Source of the DNA: Thermodesulfobacteriota bacterium
GTDB lineage: Bacteria; Desulfobacterota; Binatia; Bin18
Assembly (NCBI GenBank): GCA_964291405.2
Contig: OZ219926.1
Span: 1,984,001-2,048,000, forward strand
DNA length: 64,000 nucleotides
Reading direction: 5' to 3'
Shown: one piece after another, positions 9,503 to 19,570 of the stretch
Layout: each line of letters opens with the position of its first letter
How positions within the stretch are numbered: position 1 is the first letter of the stretch
Translations under genes and position numbers: made by a program
The notes under the pieces: generated by a model
What the model saw: the letters and a program-made list of their open reading frames with translations, nothing else
Databases searched by the model: none
What the model was told of the DNA's origin: nothing

Positions 9503-10495
9503 CTATTCCGACAGCGCTCCGCCGCAGGAGCTGCCTGCGCCGGCGGTGCAGCCATAGCAATGGGCATCCAGACGGATGTCCCGGCCGATGAGCTGCCGGA
9601 TCAGGCTGTCGGCCGAGTGTTCGCCTAAGCGCAGCGGAGTGCCGTTGCCCAGCCGCAGATCAAGCATCTGGTTAAAATCGCAGTCGTACAGATAGCCGTC
9701 CCAGGAGACGCTCACCAAGTGGCGACACATCAGGCTCTCAAGCGTGGCCGGATTAAAGGCCTGGGCCAACAGCTCCATATATTCGGCCAGCTTGCCATCT
9801 CGCTCCAGGCTATGGGCAAAGCGGGCGATGGGCATATTCGTAATCGTCAGCAGACTGTTAAATGTCAGCCCGAAGCGTTCGCCGAGTTCTCGTTTATAAT
9901 CCGCCTCCAGGTTTTTCTGAGGTGGCGGCAGGTGAGCACCAACCGGGTTGTAGACAAGATTGAGGACTAAGCTCGAACCTGCCCGCCCATAGCCAAGGGC
10001 GTTCAATTGTCGGAGGGCGGCAATGGATTTCTCGTAGACACCGTGGCCGCGTTGCGCCGAGACATTCTCTTCCGAGTAACAGGGCAGGCTGGCAAAGATT
10101 TCAACCTGATGTTCGGCCAAAAACTCGGCCAAGTCTTCCTGACCGGGCTCAAACAGGACGGTCAAATTACAGCGGTCCAGCACATGCCGACCGTCCTGGC
10201 GGTTTTGCTCAACCAGAAAGCGGAAAGATGGATTCAGCTCGGGCGCGCCGCCGGTCAGATCGACCGTCCGAGCCCGGGCCGCGCGGATGAGTTCGAGTGC
10301 CAGTTCGGCCGTTTGCGGCGCCATGATCTCGGTCCGTTTCGGACCGGCGTCCACATGACAGTGGAGGCAGGCCTGGTTGCACAGCTTGCCCAGGTTGATC
10401 TGAACAGTATCCAGATTGACCCGTTTAAGAGGAAAGCTCTTCTCTTGGCCTACTCGCTCTGTAAAAGGCTGAAAAGATTGTTCAGCAACGTGCAT
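9503..10495 (-). CDS. arsS: Radical SAM protein, ArsS / Cys-rich (arsenosugar biosynthesis) family
   Basis: CNQACLHCH (CX3CX2C), DLTGGAPELNP, LMCR..YDCDFNQML, C-terminal HCYGCTAGAGSSCGG; ATG 10495 after AGGAG. Confidence 0.88.
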   Translation of the reverse strand: MHVAEQSFQPFTERVGQEKSFPLKRVNLDTVQINLGKLCNQACLHCHVDAGPKRTEIMAPQTAELALELIRAARARTVDLTGGAPELNPSFRFLVEQNRQDGRHVLDRCNLTVLFEPGQEDLAEFLAEHQVEIFASLPCYSEENVSAQRGHGVYEKSIAALRQLNALGYGRAGSSLVLNLVYNPVGAHLPPPQKNLEADYKRELGERFGLTFNSLLTITNMPIARFAHSLERDGKLAEYMELLAQAFNPATLESLMCRHLVSVSWDGYLYDCDFNQMLDLRLGNGTPLRLGEHSADSLIRQLIGRDIRLDAHCYGCTAGAGSSCGGALSE

Positions 10496-10517
10496 GCCTG
10501 TGTATCCACTCCTTGGG

Positions 10518-11435
10518 CTAACAGCATTTACTTGGCGCACAGCACGCCTGCGTGTCTGTGGTCGCTTGATAGTCGAGCGCCTTAGTGCCAGGTTCCCCTT
10601 TATAGGCAACCACGGTCATGGACCGGAACGCGATTCCTTCGACCGTTTGCCACGGCTGCTCATCACGCTTGAGGACGGCTATGCCGCAGAAACCGGCTTC
10701 TTCGAACGCTGTGATGAATTCCTTTTCCTGCATGGCCCCAGAGACGCAGCCGCTCCATAATTCGGGGTCGGCTTTCAGGTGAGCCGGCACCGGTTCGTCG
10801 GCAACGATATCAGAGATGACCGTCCGCCCGCCCTGGCGCATTACCCGAAAGATTTCACTAAACAGTTGCCGTTTGTCTGCATCCTGGACCAAGTTGAGCA
10901 CGCAGTTCGAGACGACAACATCAACACAACCGTCGGCAATCAGCGGCCGTTGCGCGCGCTGTTCGGTCATGACCGTCTCAAAGGTTTGGAGTTCTTCAAA
11001 CGAGGCCACCGGGTGCTCGCGCAGATAAACATCTGCGGCATCGAGGTCGGTGCGCAAATCCTGGATTCTGCCGCGGTGAAACTCGACGTTGTGATAACCC
11101 AGTTGTTCGCCAATGGAATGACGATATTTCTCCGCTAGGGCTAACATCTCCGGCGTCATATCAACGCCGATAACCCGGCCTTCAGCCCCAACGACCTGGG
11201 CGGCAATATAACAGATCTTGCCCGCACCCGAGCCGAGATCAAGCACGGTTTCGCCGGGCCGGAGGTGCTGCGAGGGGTCCCCACAGCCGTAGTCACGCGC
11301 AAGAATTTCTTCAGGGATGAGCGCGAGAAAGCGTGGGTTATAGTCCACCGGACAACACAGCGCCGCTTCCTCCTGCTGTGCTCCCACGGAATAGCGAGCT
11401 TTGACCGCCTGCTCGACATCAAACACTTCTGCCAT
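10518..11435 (-). CDS. arsM: Arsenite methyltransferase-like SAM-dependent methyltransferase
   Basis: LCCP, YGCGDP, VLDLGSGAG, VSNCVLNL, LWSGCVSGA, C-terminal CC..CC. Confidence 0.8.
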   Translation of the reverse strand: MAEVFDVEQAVKARYSVGAQQEEAALCCPVDYNPRFLALIPEEILARDYGCGDPSQHLRPGETVLDLGSGAGKICYIAAQVVGAEGRVIGVDMTPEMLALAEKYRHSIGEQLGYHNVEFHRGRIQDLRTDLDAADVYLREHPVASFEELQTFETVMTEQRAQRPLIADGCVDVVVSNCVLNLVQDADKRQLFSEIFRVMRQGGRTVISDIVADEPVPAHLKADPELWSGCVSGAMQEKEFITAFEEAGFCGIAVLKRDEQPWQTVEGIAFRSMTVVAYKGEPGTKALDYQATTDTQACCAPSKCC

Positions 11436-11652
11436 TGCTTCTTCTCCTTCTGGATCACGACCATTAGAACTGGATCGGTATACTATCGTATCTCTTCGTC
11501 AGTGTACTAGTGTCCCACGGACGATCAAGCTACCACCGTGGAGGTATCGTGCGGCGCGCTCTGGTGGAGGCCCAGGCTTTGCTCCAGTGTTGACGGAATC
11601 ACGCAGACATCTTATTGCGAGAGGGATAGCTCCCCATGCTGAGGCAGACTGA

Positions 11653-12852
11653 ATGCCAACGATGAAAGACGACGCGGTCTCGGAATCGGATACAGCGGCA
11701 GGCTTCCACCTCCGACCTCACTTCAAGCGCTTCAACCAAAAAGATGACGTGTTTCGTCGCTCGTGGTGGGATGAACGTATTCGGACCCGGAAGAGCGAGT
11801 TATTCTACGAGACGTATAGAGAGCCGCTCAAAACCTGGCGCAAGGTTGATGGTTTTACCCAAAAGGATTATGCGCTTCGCAATGCCGCCTGGCATGTCAG
11901 CGACCTCTTCACCGAAATTAAACAAGACCAAGATCGTCGAGAAGGCTTTTCCGACGAGTTTACCTTGTACCGAGACGTGGCCACAGAGCAGATGGACCTG
12001 GGGACGCCGGCTCAAGCCGCGTCCGAGATAAAACGGGTCGGAAAATCCTTTGGTGCAGACCTGATTGGCATTGCCGAGTACGACGAACGCTGGATGTACG
12101 TGAATAAATTCAGCGACATGAGTAAACGCGAAAAGCCACAAGAAATACCTGAAGGCCTGTCGTCTGTCATTGTGGTTGCTCAGGCCATGGACTACGACCT
12201 GATTCGGACCGTTCCGTCTGCCCTCAGCGGGGCGGCCACCGGCCTTGGGTATTCGCACGACGCCCTCGTTGTCTTGTCACTCGCCCAGTACATCCGCAAC
12301 CTCGGCTATAGTGCGATTGCGAGTATGAACGATACCGCGCTCGCCATTCCGTATGCGATCAAGGCCGGCTTGGGTGAGTATGGGCGGCTTGGGCTGTTAA
12401 TTACCAAAGAGTTCGGCCCTCGCGTCCGGCTCGGCAAAATTTTTACCAACCTCCCGCTTGCGCCCGATAGACCGATTCGGTTTGGGGTGAAGGAGTTTTG
12501 CGATACGTGTCGGCGGTGTTCTGAGGGCTGTCCGGTGAACGCCATTCCCTCGAACGCCCCGTCGGACGAAATCTACAATCAGTCCAACATCAAAGGGGTG
12601 GTGAAATGGACGGTCGATGGGGAGAAATGTTTCGGCTATTGGGCCGCCCAGAATAGTGACTGCTCTATTTGTATCCGGGTGTGTCCCTACAACAAGGACT
12701 TCTCCAAATGGTATACGCGGCTCGGACGCTGGCTGGCCGGCACGCGATTACGCAAGCTGATGTTGCGGCTTGACCTTGCCCTGGGTTTTGGGAGCCGGAT
12801 GCCCTCGAAGCGGTGGTGGCGGGGGGAAGGGGAAACCGCGGGTGGCTCCTGA
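11653..12852 (+). CDS. Reductive dehalogenase (RdhA)-like cobalamin / 2x[4Fe-4S] protein without TAT signal
   Basis: FGADLIGIA, IRNLGYSA, AGLGEYGR, FGPRVRL..IFTNLPL, CDTCRRCSEGCP and CSICIRVCP. Confidence 0.82.
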   Translation: MPTMKDDAVSESDTAAGFHLRPHFKRFNQKDDVFRRSWWDERIRTRKSELFYETYREPLKTWRKVDGFTQKDYALRNAAWHVSDLFTEIKQDQDRREGFSDEFTLYRDVATEQMDLGTPAQAASEIKRVGKSFGADLIGIAEYDERWMYVNKFSDMSKREKPQEIPEGLSSVIVVAQAMDYDLIRTVPSALSGAATGLGYSHDALVVLSLAQYIRNLGYSAIASMNDTALAIPYAIKAGLGEYGRLGLLITKEFGPRVRLGKIFTNLPLAPDRPIRFGVKEFCDTCRRCSEGCPVNAIPSNAPSDEIYNQSNIKGVVKWTVDGEKCFGYWAAQNSDCSICIRVCPYNKDFSKWYTRLGRWLAGTRLRKLMLRLDLALGFGSRMPSKRWWRGEGETAGGS

Positions 12853-12925
12853 GCCGCTTGGCGTGGGGGAAGGGGAAATGGTGAGAGCCGCCGAACGACC
12901 CTGCCCACCCGCCCTGTAACGCGCA

Positions 12926-14299
12926 TCACCCTGGAAAGGTCACCTCAGGCACGGTCTGCATAGCCCGTTCAATCGCTTCGGCCGGATACTCGTAGCGTTC
13001 GAGTTTCCCGGCGTGGTAGTCCGCATAGGCGCTCATATCAAAATGACCGTGGCCGCTTAGATTAAACGCAATGACTTTCTTTTCGCCGCTTTCCCGGCAC
13101 TGCACGGCCTCGTTCATCGCCGCGCAGACCGCGTGGTTGGACTCGGGCGCCGGCACGATACCTTCGGCCCTGGCAAACGCCACACCGGCCTCAAAGGTCA
13201 CAAGCTGATCAAACGCGGTGGCTTCGATATGGCCACCGTGTAAAAGCGCACTCACGTGCGGAGCCATGCCGTGATAGCGCAGCCCGCCGGCATGGATGGT
13301 GGCCGGCATAAACGAATGACCCAGCGTATACATCTGACAAATCGGTGCGACACAGCCGGCGTCGGCCCAGTCCCAGGTGAAGGAGCCTTTGGTTAAGGTC
13401 GGGCAGGCGGCCGGCTCGACCGCGATGATACGCGTGCGCTTGCCGTGCTTGAGTTTCTCTCGAACAAACGGAAAGGCAAACCCGGCAAAATTCGAGCCCC
13501 CGCCAGCACAGCCGATCACAATGTCCGGATACTCGCCGGCCATCTCCATTTGCAGCAGGGTCTCCTCACCAATAATGGTTTGATGGAGTAACACGTGCGG
13601 AAGAAAAGAGCCGAGACTATACTTTTTTGTCCCCCCGGACGTTTGGGCGGCTTCGATCCCTTCGGAGACCGCCAGCCCCAATGAGCCGGGATGGTCCGGA
13701 TTGTCGGCCAAAAACCGCCGGCCTACTTCGGTGCGGTCGGACGGACTGGCAAACACCTCGGCGCCATAGGTCGTAATCACGTGGCGGCGGTAGGGCTTTT
13801 GCTGGTAGGAGATACGGACCATATACACCTCGCAGCCAAGCCCGAACATATTGCAGGCCATGGCCAACGCGGTACCCCACTGGCCCGCCCCCGTTTCCGT
13901 CGTCAGCGTCTCGATACCTTCTTGCTTGGCGTAAAAGGCCTGGGCCACGGCCGTGTTCGGCTTATGCGAACCAACCGGACTGACGCCCTCGTATTTGTAA
14001 TAGATATGGGCTGGGGTCTGGAGCGCCTGCTCCAGGCGACGAGCCCGAAAAAAAGGAGTCGGCCGCCAGAGTTTATAAATATCACGGACCGGCTCCGGGA
14101 TCTCAATATACTGCTCTTGGCTGACATCCTGAGCGAGGAGCGCTGTTGGCGTAAAGGAAGCGAGGTACTCGGGCGTGACCGGCTGTTTGGTTTCCGGGTG
14201 GAGCGGCGGCATCAGGGGCACGGGCATATCGGCGTTGATGTTATACCACGCCGTGGGCATCTGGCGTTCTTCCAGCAGATATTTGATCTGGTCGCTCAT
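12926..14299 (-). CDS. trpB2: TrpB2-type PLP-dependent enzyme (tryptophan synthase beta-like)
   Basis: GSHKPNTA (PLP Lys), [30 protein letters not shown]. Confidence 0.88.
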   Translation of the reverse strand: MSDQIKYLLEERQMPTAWYNINADMPVPLMPPLHPETKQPVTPEYLASFTPTALLAQDVSQEQYIEIPEPVRDIYKLWRPTPFFRARRLEQALQTPAHIYYKYEGVSPVGSHKPNTAVAQAFYAKQEGIETLTTETGAGQWGTALAMACNMFGLGCEVYMVRISYQQKPYRRHVITTYGAEVFASPSDRTEVGRRFLADNPDHPGSLGLAVSEGIEAAQTSGGTKKYSLGSFLPHVLLHQTIIGEETLLQMEMAGEYPDIVIGCAGGGSNFAGFAFPFVREKLKHGKRTRIIAVEPAACPTLTKGSFTWDWADAGCVAPICQMYTLGHSFMPATIHAGGLRYHGMAPHVSALLHGGHIEATAFDQLVTFEAGVAFARAEGIVPAPESNHAVCAAMNEAVQCRESGEKKVIAFNLSGHGHFDMSAYADYHAGKLERYEYPAEAIERAMQTVPEVTFPG

Positions 14300-14628
14300 G
14301 CACTCAATCCTTGAGCCGGGTCGCTACGCCTGAGTTACGTCGCGGACCGGCCATACGACGTCCTTGGGTCGTGATGCTGCTCCGAAATCCGCGCTGTTGC
14401 ATAATGCTTTGCCTTCCTTATGCGATAGGCCGGGCAATATAACATCTTTTTTTTGGAACGTCGCTAGGCCGCGAGGAAAAACCCCGCTTCTCGCGGCAGG
14501 CGTGCTCATCCGCAAACGGTCTCTCTCTGTAGGAGCGCGACCCCTGCGAGATATGCCTTCCCTTTATTGAGAGCCTCCAACACGCTAGAAGAAACGCTCT
14601 GGCATAGCGCAAGGAGGAATACAGCATC

Positions 14629-15390
14629 ATGGCAGGGCAAGTAGACGGAAAAATTGCATTGGTGACGGGCGGGGGGTCGGGTATTGGTCGGTCTACGTCA
14701 TTGGCGTTCGCCCGCGAAGGCGCGACGGTCGTTGTTTCCGATGTAGTTGTTGAAGGTGGAGAGGAGACGGTCAATCTCATCAAATCCGCCGGGGGCGACG
14801 CGGTGTTCGTTCAAACCGATGTGGCTCAGGCTGCTGAAGTCGAGGTATTAGTTACACGAGCGGTTGAGACGTATGGGCGGCTTGACTGCGCATTCAATAA
14901 CGCCGGGATTGCGGGAGCTGCGGCTCGGACCGGAGAGTATACACTGAAACACTGGGACCGGGTGATTGCGATTAACCTGACCGGGGTGTGGCTGTGCATG
15001 AAGTATGAGCTCCAGCATATGCTGACGCAAGGCAGTGGTGTGATTGTCAATACCGCCTCAGTTGCCGGTCTGGTTGGTTTTCGGAGTGGACCTGCGTATG
15101 TGGCCGCAAAGCACGGTGTGGTCGGACTGACCAAAACCGCGGCATTGGAATATGCCAAATCCGGTATTCGCGTGAACGCCGTATGTCCAGGGGTCATCCG
15201 TACACCGATGTTCGAACGCGGCATGGAGATAGACCCACGCATAGAAGACGGGATGACCGCCAGAGAGCCGATTGGCCGCCTGGGAAAACCCGAGGAGATT
15301 GCCGAAGCTGTGGTCTGGCTCTGCTCGGATGCGGCGTCGTTTGTGACCGGCCACCCAATGGTTGTCGATGGCGGTTGGGTTGCCCAGTAG
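14629..15390 (+). CDS. Short-chain dehydrogenase/reductase (classical SDR)
   Basis: [17 protein letters not shown]. Confidence 0.93.
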   Translation: MAGQVDGKIALVTGGGSGIGRSTSLAFAREGATVVVSDVVVEGGEETVNLIKSAGGDAVFVQTDVAQAAEVEVLVTRAVETYGRLDCAFNNAGIAGAAARTGEYTLKHWDRVIAINLTGVWLCMKYELQHMLTQGSGVIVNTASVAGLVGFRSGPAYVAAKHGVVGLTKTAALEYAKSGIRVNAVCPGVIRTPMFERGMEIDPRIEDGMTAREPIGRLGKPEEIAEAVVWLCSDAASFVTGHPMVVDGGWVAQ

Positions 15391-15446
15391 GACTGGAAGA
15401 AAGGAGCGGAGGAACCGCAAAGAAATGTTCTCCTCGGCGACTCGTA

Positions 15447-16325
15447 CTACGTCTTTTGCCCAAACGCGCTCACCGTCTCCGAGCGTGGATCTCGTCGACT
15501 CCACTGCCCGGCTTTGGCCGTTTGAAAGAATTCGTCGAGCAAAACATTAAAGCGTTCGGTCTCTTCCAAGTTCAACAGATGGCCGCTTTTCGGAAAGATG
15601 CTGAGTCCTGAGTAGGGCATGCTGCGTTTGAGATACAGATTGACATCCAGACAGGATTCATCTTCATCGCCGACAACCAAGAGTGTCGGCGTAGTCACCG
15701 CGCGCAGGTCAGCGGTAAGATCGTACAGCGAGGGCCGTTCGGCCTGGACGTGACGCAGGGTATAGGCTGAGCCCAAGGCTGAGTGTTCAGACAGGTGAGC
15801 CGCAAACTGCTCCCAGACTGCGGGGTTTTTGTTCTGAAGCTGTACCCGGCTGGGGCCGGAGGAAATTCCTGCCGCATCGACCGCGTTCGCCTGTAATATT
15901 TTCTCTGCTACTGCAGCGGTATCGGCTAAGAACTGTTTGCGCGTTTCTGGATACGCGCCCGAACCACCACTGGCAAACACGAGCGCACGGACTCGCTCGG
16001 GGTGCTGCATGGTGAGCATCAGGCCCGTATAGGCTCCCATACTCAGGCCGACGACAAATGCCTGCTCAATATCGAGGGCATCAAGCACGCCCTTCAGATC
16101 AGCAGTAGAGAGGTGCTGGCCGTAGAGCGTCTCGTCTTCGGGAACGTCCGAGGGTGGATAGCCCCGGGCGTTATAGACGACGCACCGATAGTGCTGAGAG
16201 AAATGCTCGACCTGCGGCTGCCAGCTTCGCGCATCGCCGCCAAACTCGTGGACAAAAATAATCGGCTCGCCAGAGCCGGTCTCTTCAACATGGAGGCTGA
16301 CGCCATTTATTTGTCTGCGTGCCAT
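15447..16325 (-). CDS. Alpha/beta hydrolase
   Basis: HEFGG, GLSMG nucleophile elbow, GDED, GHLLNLE. Confidence 0.9.
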   Translation of the reverse strand: MARRQINGVSLHVEETGSGEPIIFVHEFGGDARSWQPQVEHFSQHYRCVVYNARGYPPSDVPEDETLYGQHLSTADLKGVLDALDIEQAFVVGLSMGAYTGLMLTMQHPERVRALVFASGGSGAYPETRKQFLADTAAVAEKILQANAVDAAGISSGPSRVQLQNKNPAVWEQFAAHLSEHSALGSAYTLRHVQAERPSLYDLTADLRAVTTPTLLVVGDEDESCLDVNLYLKRSMPYSGLSIFPKSGHLLNLEETERFNVLLDEFFQTAKAGQWSRRDPRSETVSAFGQKT

Positions 16326-16343
16326 GCATAATCCTTCCGGGCG

Positions 16344-17411
16344 CTATTGTGGCCGACCCACTCTCGGGATGCCGGCGATCATTTCGCTGGCCAGTTCCGT
16401 GCGGACGATCCGGGCTCCGTCTGCCAGGGCTTTCATTTTTCCGCGGGCCGCTCCGCGGCTGCGAGGGATCATACCACAGTCCGTACAAGGGTAGAGCTTG
16501 TCCGGCGCGACATAGGGAAGCGCGGCTCGAATGCGTTCCGCAACGGCTTCGGGAGTTTCGATCTCTTCTGTCCCCACATCAATAACCCCAACCATCAGGT
16601 CTTTTCCCTGGGCCAGTTCGAGGACGGACGGATCGACACCAGAGGCCGCACATTCGATCGAGATCATACCGATCGTACTGGTGCGAAGAAGAGGCAGAGT
16701 GCGGTGATAATGGTGCCAATCGGTATTCGTTGTCTTCCAGGCCAGGACCTGGGGAACGCCATAGCCGTAGCAGATGTGGACCGCAGCCTTTGCCTGGATT
16801 CCCTCGGCCGCGGCTTCGAGCGTGGCGATACCCCACTCCTCAACCGCATCGAGATAGATATTAAAGCAGGGTTCATCAAACTGAATGATGTCACAGCCGT
16901 TCTCGGCCAGTTCGCATGCCTCATCATTGAGGACGGCTGCTAAATCCGCGGCGAGCTGCCGCGGCTCTCCATAATACTCATCCGCCAGGGTATCCGCGGT
17001 GGTCATCGGACCCGGAAGGGTGACTTTCACCGCCTGGGTCGTGTGACGTTTGAGGAAGCGCAGCGCGTCAAGAAAAATAGAGCGTGGTCGTCGGATTGGG
17101 CCGGTGACACGGGCGACCGCGACCTTGGTTCCATACCGACCGCCGCGCGTTTCCTTTTGAACCATACGGCTGAAATCAATCCCGCTCAGTTCCTCGGTCA
17201 ATCCCCAGATATAATGTCGCCGGCGCTGTTCGCCGTCCGTGACAATATCCACTCCGGCGGCGTGCTGATCGAGCACGGCCAGACGCACGGCATCGTCCTG
17301 GCCCTCGGGTAATGTGTCGGTCGCAAGCCTTAGGGAGACAGATGAGATCTGGTTCTGCGGGGCGAGCCACGTCGGGCGCGGCAAACTGCCGGTAATCATT
17401 GTTTTCAGCAT
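16344..17411 (-). CDS. Cobalamin-independent methionine synthase catalytic-domain-only protein (MesD-like)
   Basis: GSLPRP, DGEQRR, LPGPMT, QFDEP, Zn ligands HICYG / E / TDCG. Confidence 0.82.
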   Translation of the reverse strand: MLKTMITGSLPRPTWLAPQNQISSVSLRLATDTLPEGQDDAVRLAVLDQHAAGVDIVTDGEQRRRHYIWGLTEELSGIDFSRMVQKETRGGRYGTKVAVARVTGPIRRPRSIFLDALRFLKRHTTQAVKVTLPGPMTTADTLADEYYGEPRQLAADLAAVLNDEACELAENGCDIIQFDEPCFNIYLDAVEEWGIATLEAAAEGIQAKAAVHICYGYGVPQVLAWKTTNTDWHHYHRTLPLLRTSTIGMISIECAASGVDPSVLELAQGKDLMVGVIDVGTEEIETPEAVAERIRAALPYVAPDKLYPCTDCGMIPRSRGAARGKMKALADGARIVRTELASEMIAGIPRVGRPQ

Positions 17412-17525
17412 GGTAAATTCCTATATCCCCTTTTTCGATTCAGCGCCAAGCGCGGGACGCGTCCCTGGTTCCCCCGGAACGGTTTTGGTACAGTTCAGCG
17501 GAATACTGTGAGGAATGGAGCCACT

Positions 17526-18692
17526 ATGCGTCAACGCCTTCGCTTCGGTGCTTTTCTTGCCCCCCACCACCCGCTGGGGGAACATCCGACACTGCAATTT
17601 CAGCGTGACCTCGAACTAGCCGCGTTTCTGGATGATCTCCAGTTCGATGAGTTCTGGGTCGGGGAGCATCACTCGGCCGGCTGGGAAACCATCGGCTCAC
17701 CGGAAATGTTTCTGGTCGCCGCCGCGGAGCGTACCCAGCGCATCCGGCTGGGGACCGGAGTGATTTCCGTGCCGTATCACCATCCTTTTAATATCGCCCA
17801 GCGCATCGTTCACCTCGACCACCTGAGTCGTGGCCGGGCTATACTCGGCGTAGGCCCAGGAGCATTGCCATCGGACGCGGTGATGCTGGGCATAGACCCA
17901 AGCACGCAACGCGACCGGATGGATGAGGGGCTGGGTGTGGTCCTGCGTCTGCTGAACGAAGACGAGCCGATTACGGTGGAGAGCGACTGGTTCAGGCTGC
18001 ACGAAGCGGCCTTACAATTACGCCCGCTCCAGGATGAGATTCCCGTGGCCGTTGCCTCCTCGATCTCTCCGGCTGGTATGAAAGCGGCGGGCAAGTACGG
18101 CGTTGGCGTGCTGTCAATTGCATCGTATTTGGAAGAAGGGCTGACCGCGCTGCCAACGCAGTGGGGCTGGGGCCAAACCTCAGCCCGTGAGCACGGCCAA
18201 CGGCTCGACCGGGCGGACTGGCGTATTGTGATGCCCTTTCATTTGTCTTCCTCAAAGGAACAAGCCTACCGCGAGGTGGCCGACGGGCTTCAGCACTGGC
18301 AGAACGAGTATATTGTCGGCACCCTCGGCACGCCAAAACGCAAGCCGTTTGAGGATGGCTATCGGGCGGCGCGGAGCTTGGATGAACACGGCGGGGGTAT
18401 TTTCGGCACGCCCGAAGACGCGCTGGAAAAAATCACCCACCTCCAAGAACTCTCGGGTGGTTTCGGCACGCTGCTGTGCTTTGTCCACGACTGGACGCCG
18501 CCGGACCTGGCCCGCAAGAGCTATGAGCTCCTGGCGCGGCATGTGATGCCGCACACACAGGGATTGCTGCGGCGGCTGGAGACCTCGGCAGAGCGGGTGT
18601 CAGCCAACAAGAAGGAACTGATGGACAAGGCGGGCGGAGCGATTTTGAAGGCCATCCGCGAGTACAACGCCGCACATCCACGAGAGAAATAG
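17526..18692 (+). CDS. LLM-class flavin-dependent monooxygenase (limonene 1,2-monooxygenase-like)
   Basis: FGAFLAPHH, WVGEHHSAGWE, LGTGVISVPYH, GPGALPSD. Confidence 0.85.
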   Translation: MRQRLRFGAFLAPHHPLGEHPTLQFQRDLELAAFLDDLQFDEFWVGEHHSAGWETIGSPEMFLVAAAERTQRIRLGTGVISVPYHHPFNIAQRIVHLDHLSRGRAILGVGPGALPSDAVMLGIDPSTQRDRMDEGLGVVLRLLNEDEPITVESDWFRLHEAALQLRPLQDEIPVAVASSISPAGMKAAGKYGVGVLSIASYLEEGLTALPTQWGWGQTSAREHGQRLDRADWRIVMPFHLSSSKEQAYREVADGLQHWQNEYIVGTLGTPKRKPFEDGYRAARSLDEHGGGIFGTPEDALEKITHLQELSGGFGTLLCFVHDWTPPDLARKSYELLARHVMPHTQGLLRRLETSAERVSANKKELMDKAGGAILKAIREYNAAHPREK

Positions 18693-18695
18693 GGC

Positions 18696-19478
18696 ATGGG
18701 TATTTTTTCTGGAAAAGTCACCGTCGTAACCGGCGCCAGCCGCGGCCTTGGCAAACCTATCGCGATTGAGCTGGCGGAGGCTGGCGCGCGGCTGGCCTGC
18801 GTGGCGACCCGGGCCGAAAACGCGGCAGAGACGGTTGCTGAGATCACAAGTCAGGGGGGAGAGGCGAGCGCCTTCGGCTGCCATGTCGAGCGGGCGGACG
18901 AGGTCACGCGCCTGTTTGCCGAGGTTGAGGAGCAGCTCGGACCGGTTGACATTCTGGTCAACAATGCCGGCATCACCCGTCCGCAGTTGACGCTGGAGAT
19001 GACCGAAGAGAACTGGGATCAGCATATGGACATCAACGTAAAGTCCATTTTCCTGTGCTCCCAGGCCGCGGCACGTCAAATGACGCAGCACGGCGGCGGC
19101 TGCATTATCAATATCGGTTCGATTTTAGGCCGCAACGCCTTTCCGGCCACGCTCGGGTACTGCACCTCGAAAGCCGCGGTAGATCACATGACCAGGGTCA
19201 TGGCGATCGAGTGGGCCAGGTATGGCATTCGTGTGAACTGTGTCGCGCCGGGCTATATCGAGTCGGACATGATCGAGGGTCTTGAGGCTGACGGCAAGCT
19301 GACCGCGATCGATTTAATCAAGCGCACACCTCAACGGCGGCTGGGCTCGAATGCGGACATTGCCAAAGCCGTGCGTTTTGTCGCCAGCGAGGACGCCGGT
19401 TTCATGACCGGCGAGATCATGGTTATCGACGGCGGCTGGAGCGCCTTCGGATATTACCAGACCAGAGGGGGGAAATAG
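18696..19478 (+). CDS. Short-chain dehydrogenase/reductase
   Basis: TGASRGLG, NNAG, YCTSK. Confidence 0.92.
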   Translation: MGIFSGKVTVVTGASRGLGKPIAIELAEAGARLACVATRAENAAETVAEITSQGGEASAFGCHVERADEVTRLFAEVEEQLGPVDILVNNAGITRPQLTLEMTEENWDQHMDINVKSIFLCSQAAARQMTQHGGGCIINIGSILGRNAFPATLGYCTSKAAVDHMTRVMAIEWARYGIRVNCVAPGYIESDMIEGLEADGKLTAIDLIKRTPQRRLGSNADIAKAVRFVASEDAGFMTGEIMVIDGGWSAFGYYQTRGGK

Positions 19479-19570
19479 TCGGGTGCCGTCTCGCCGAGGT
19501 CCTCGACACAGTCAAACGGGCAGCACAGAGTGATCCGCTGGTTGCGCGCGACACCGGAGAAGACGCCCCC

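Noticed and set aside
9503-9560. Sec in the ArsS C-terminal motif
   Set aside because: The motif is encoded with Cys (GSSCGG) and has no in-frame TGA.
14340-14600. Hairpin GCCGCGAGGA/TTCTCGCGGC and a GTAGGAGCG motif in the trpB2-SDR intergenic region as a riboswitch or REP
   Set aside because: No recognisable aptamer consensus and the REP palindrome is incomplete.
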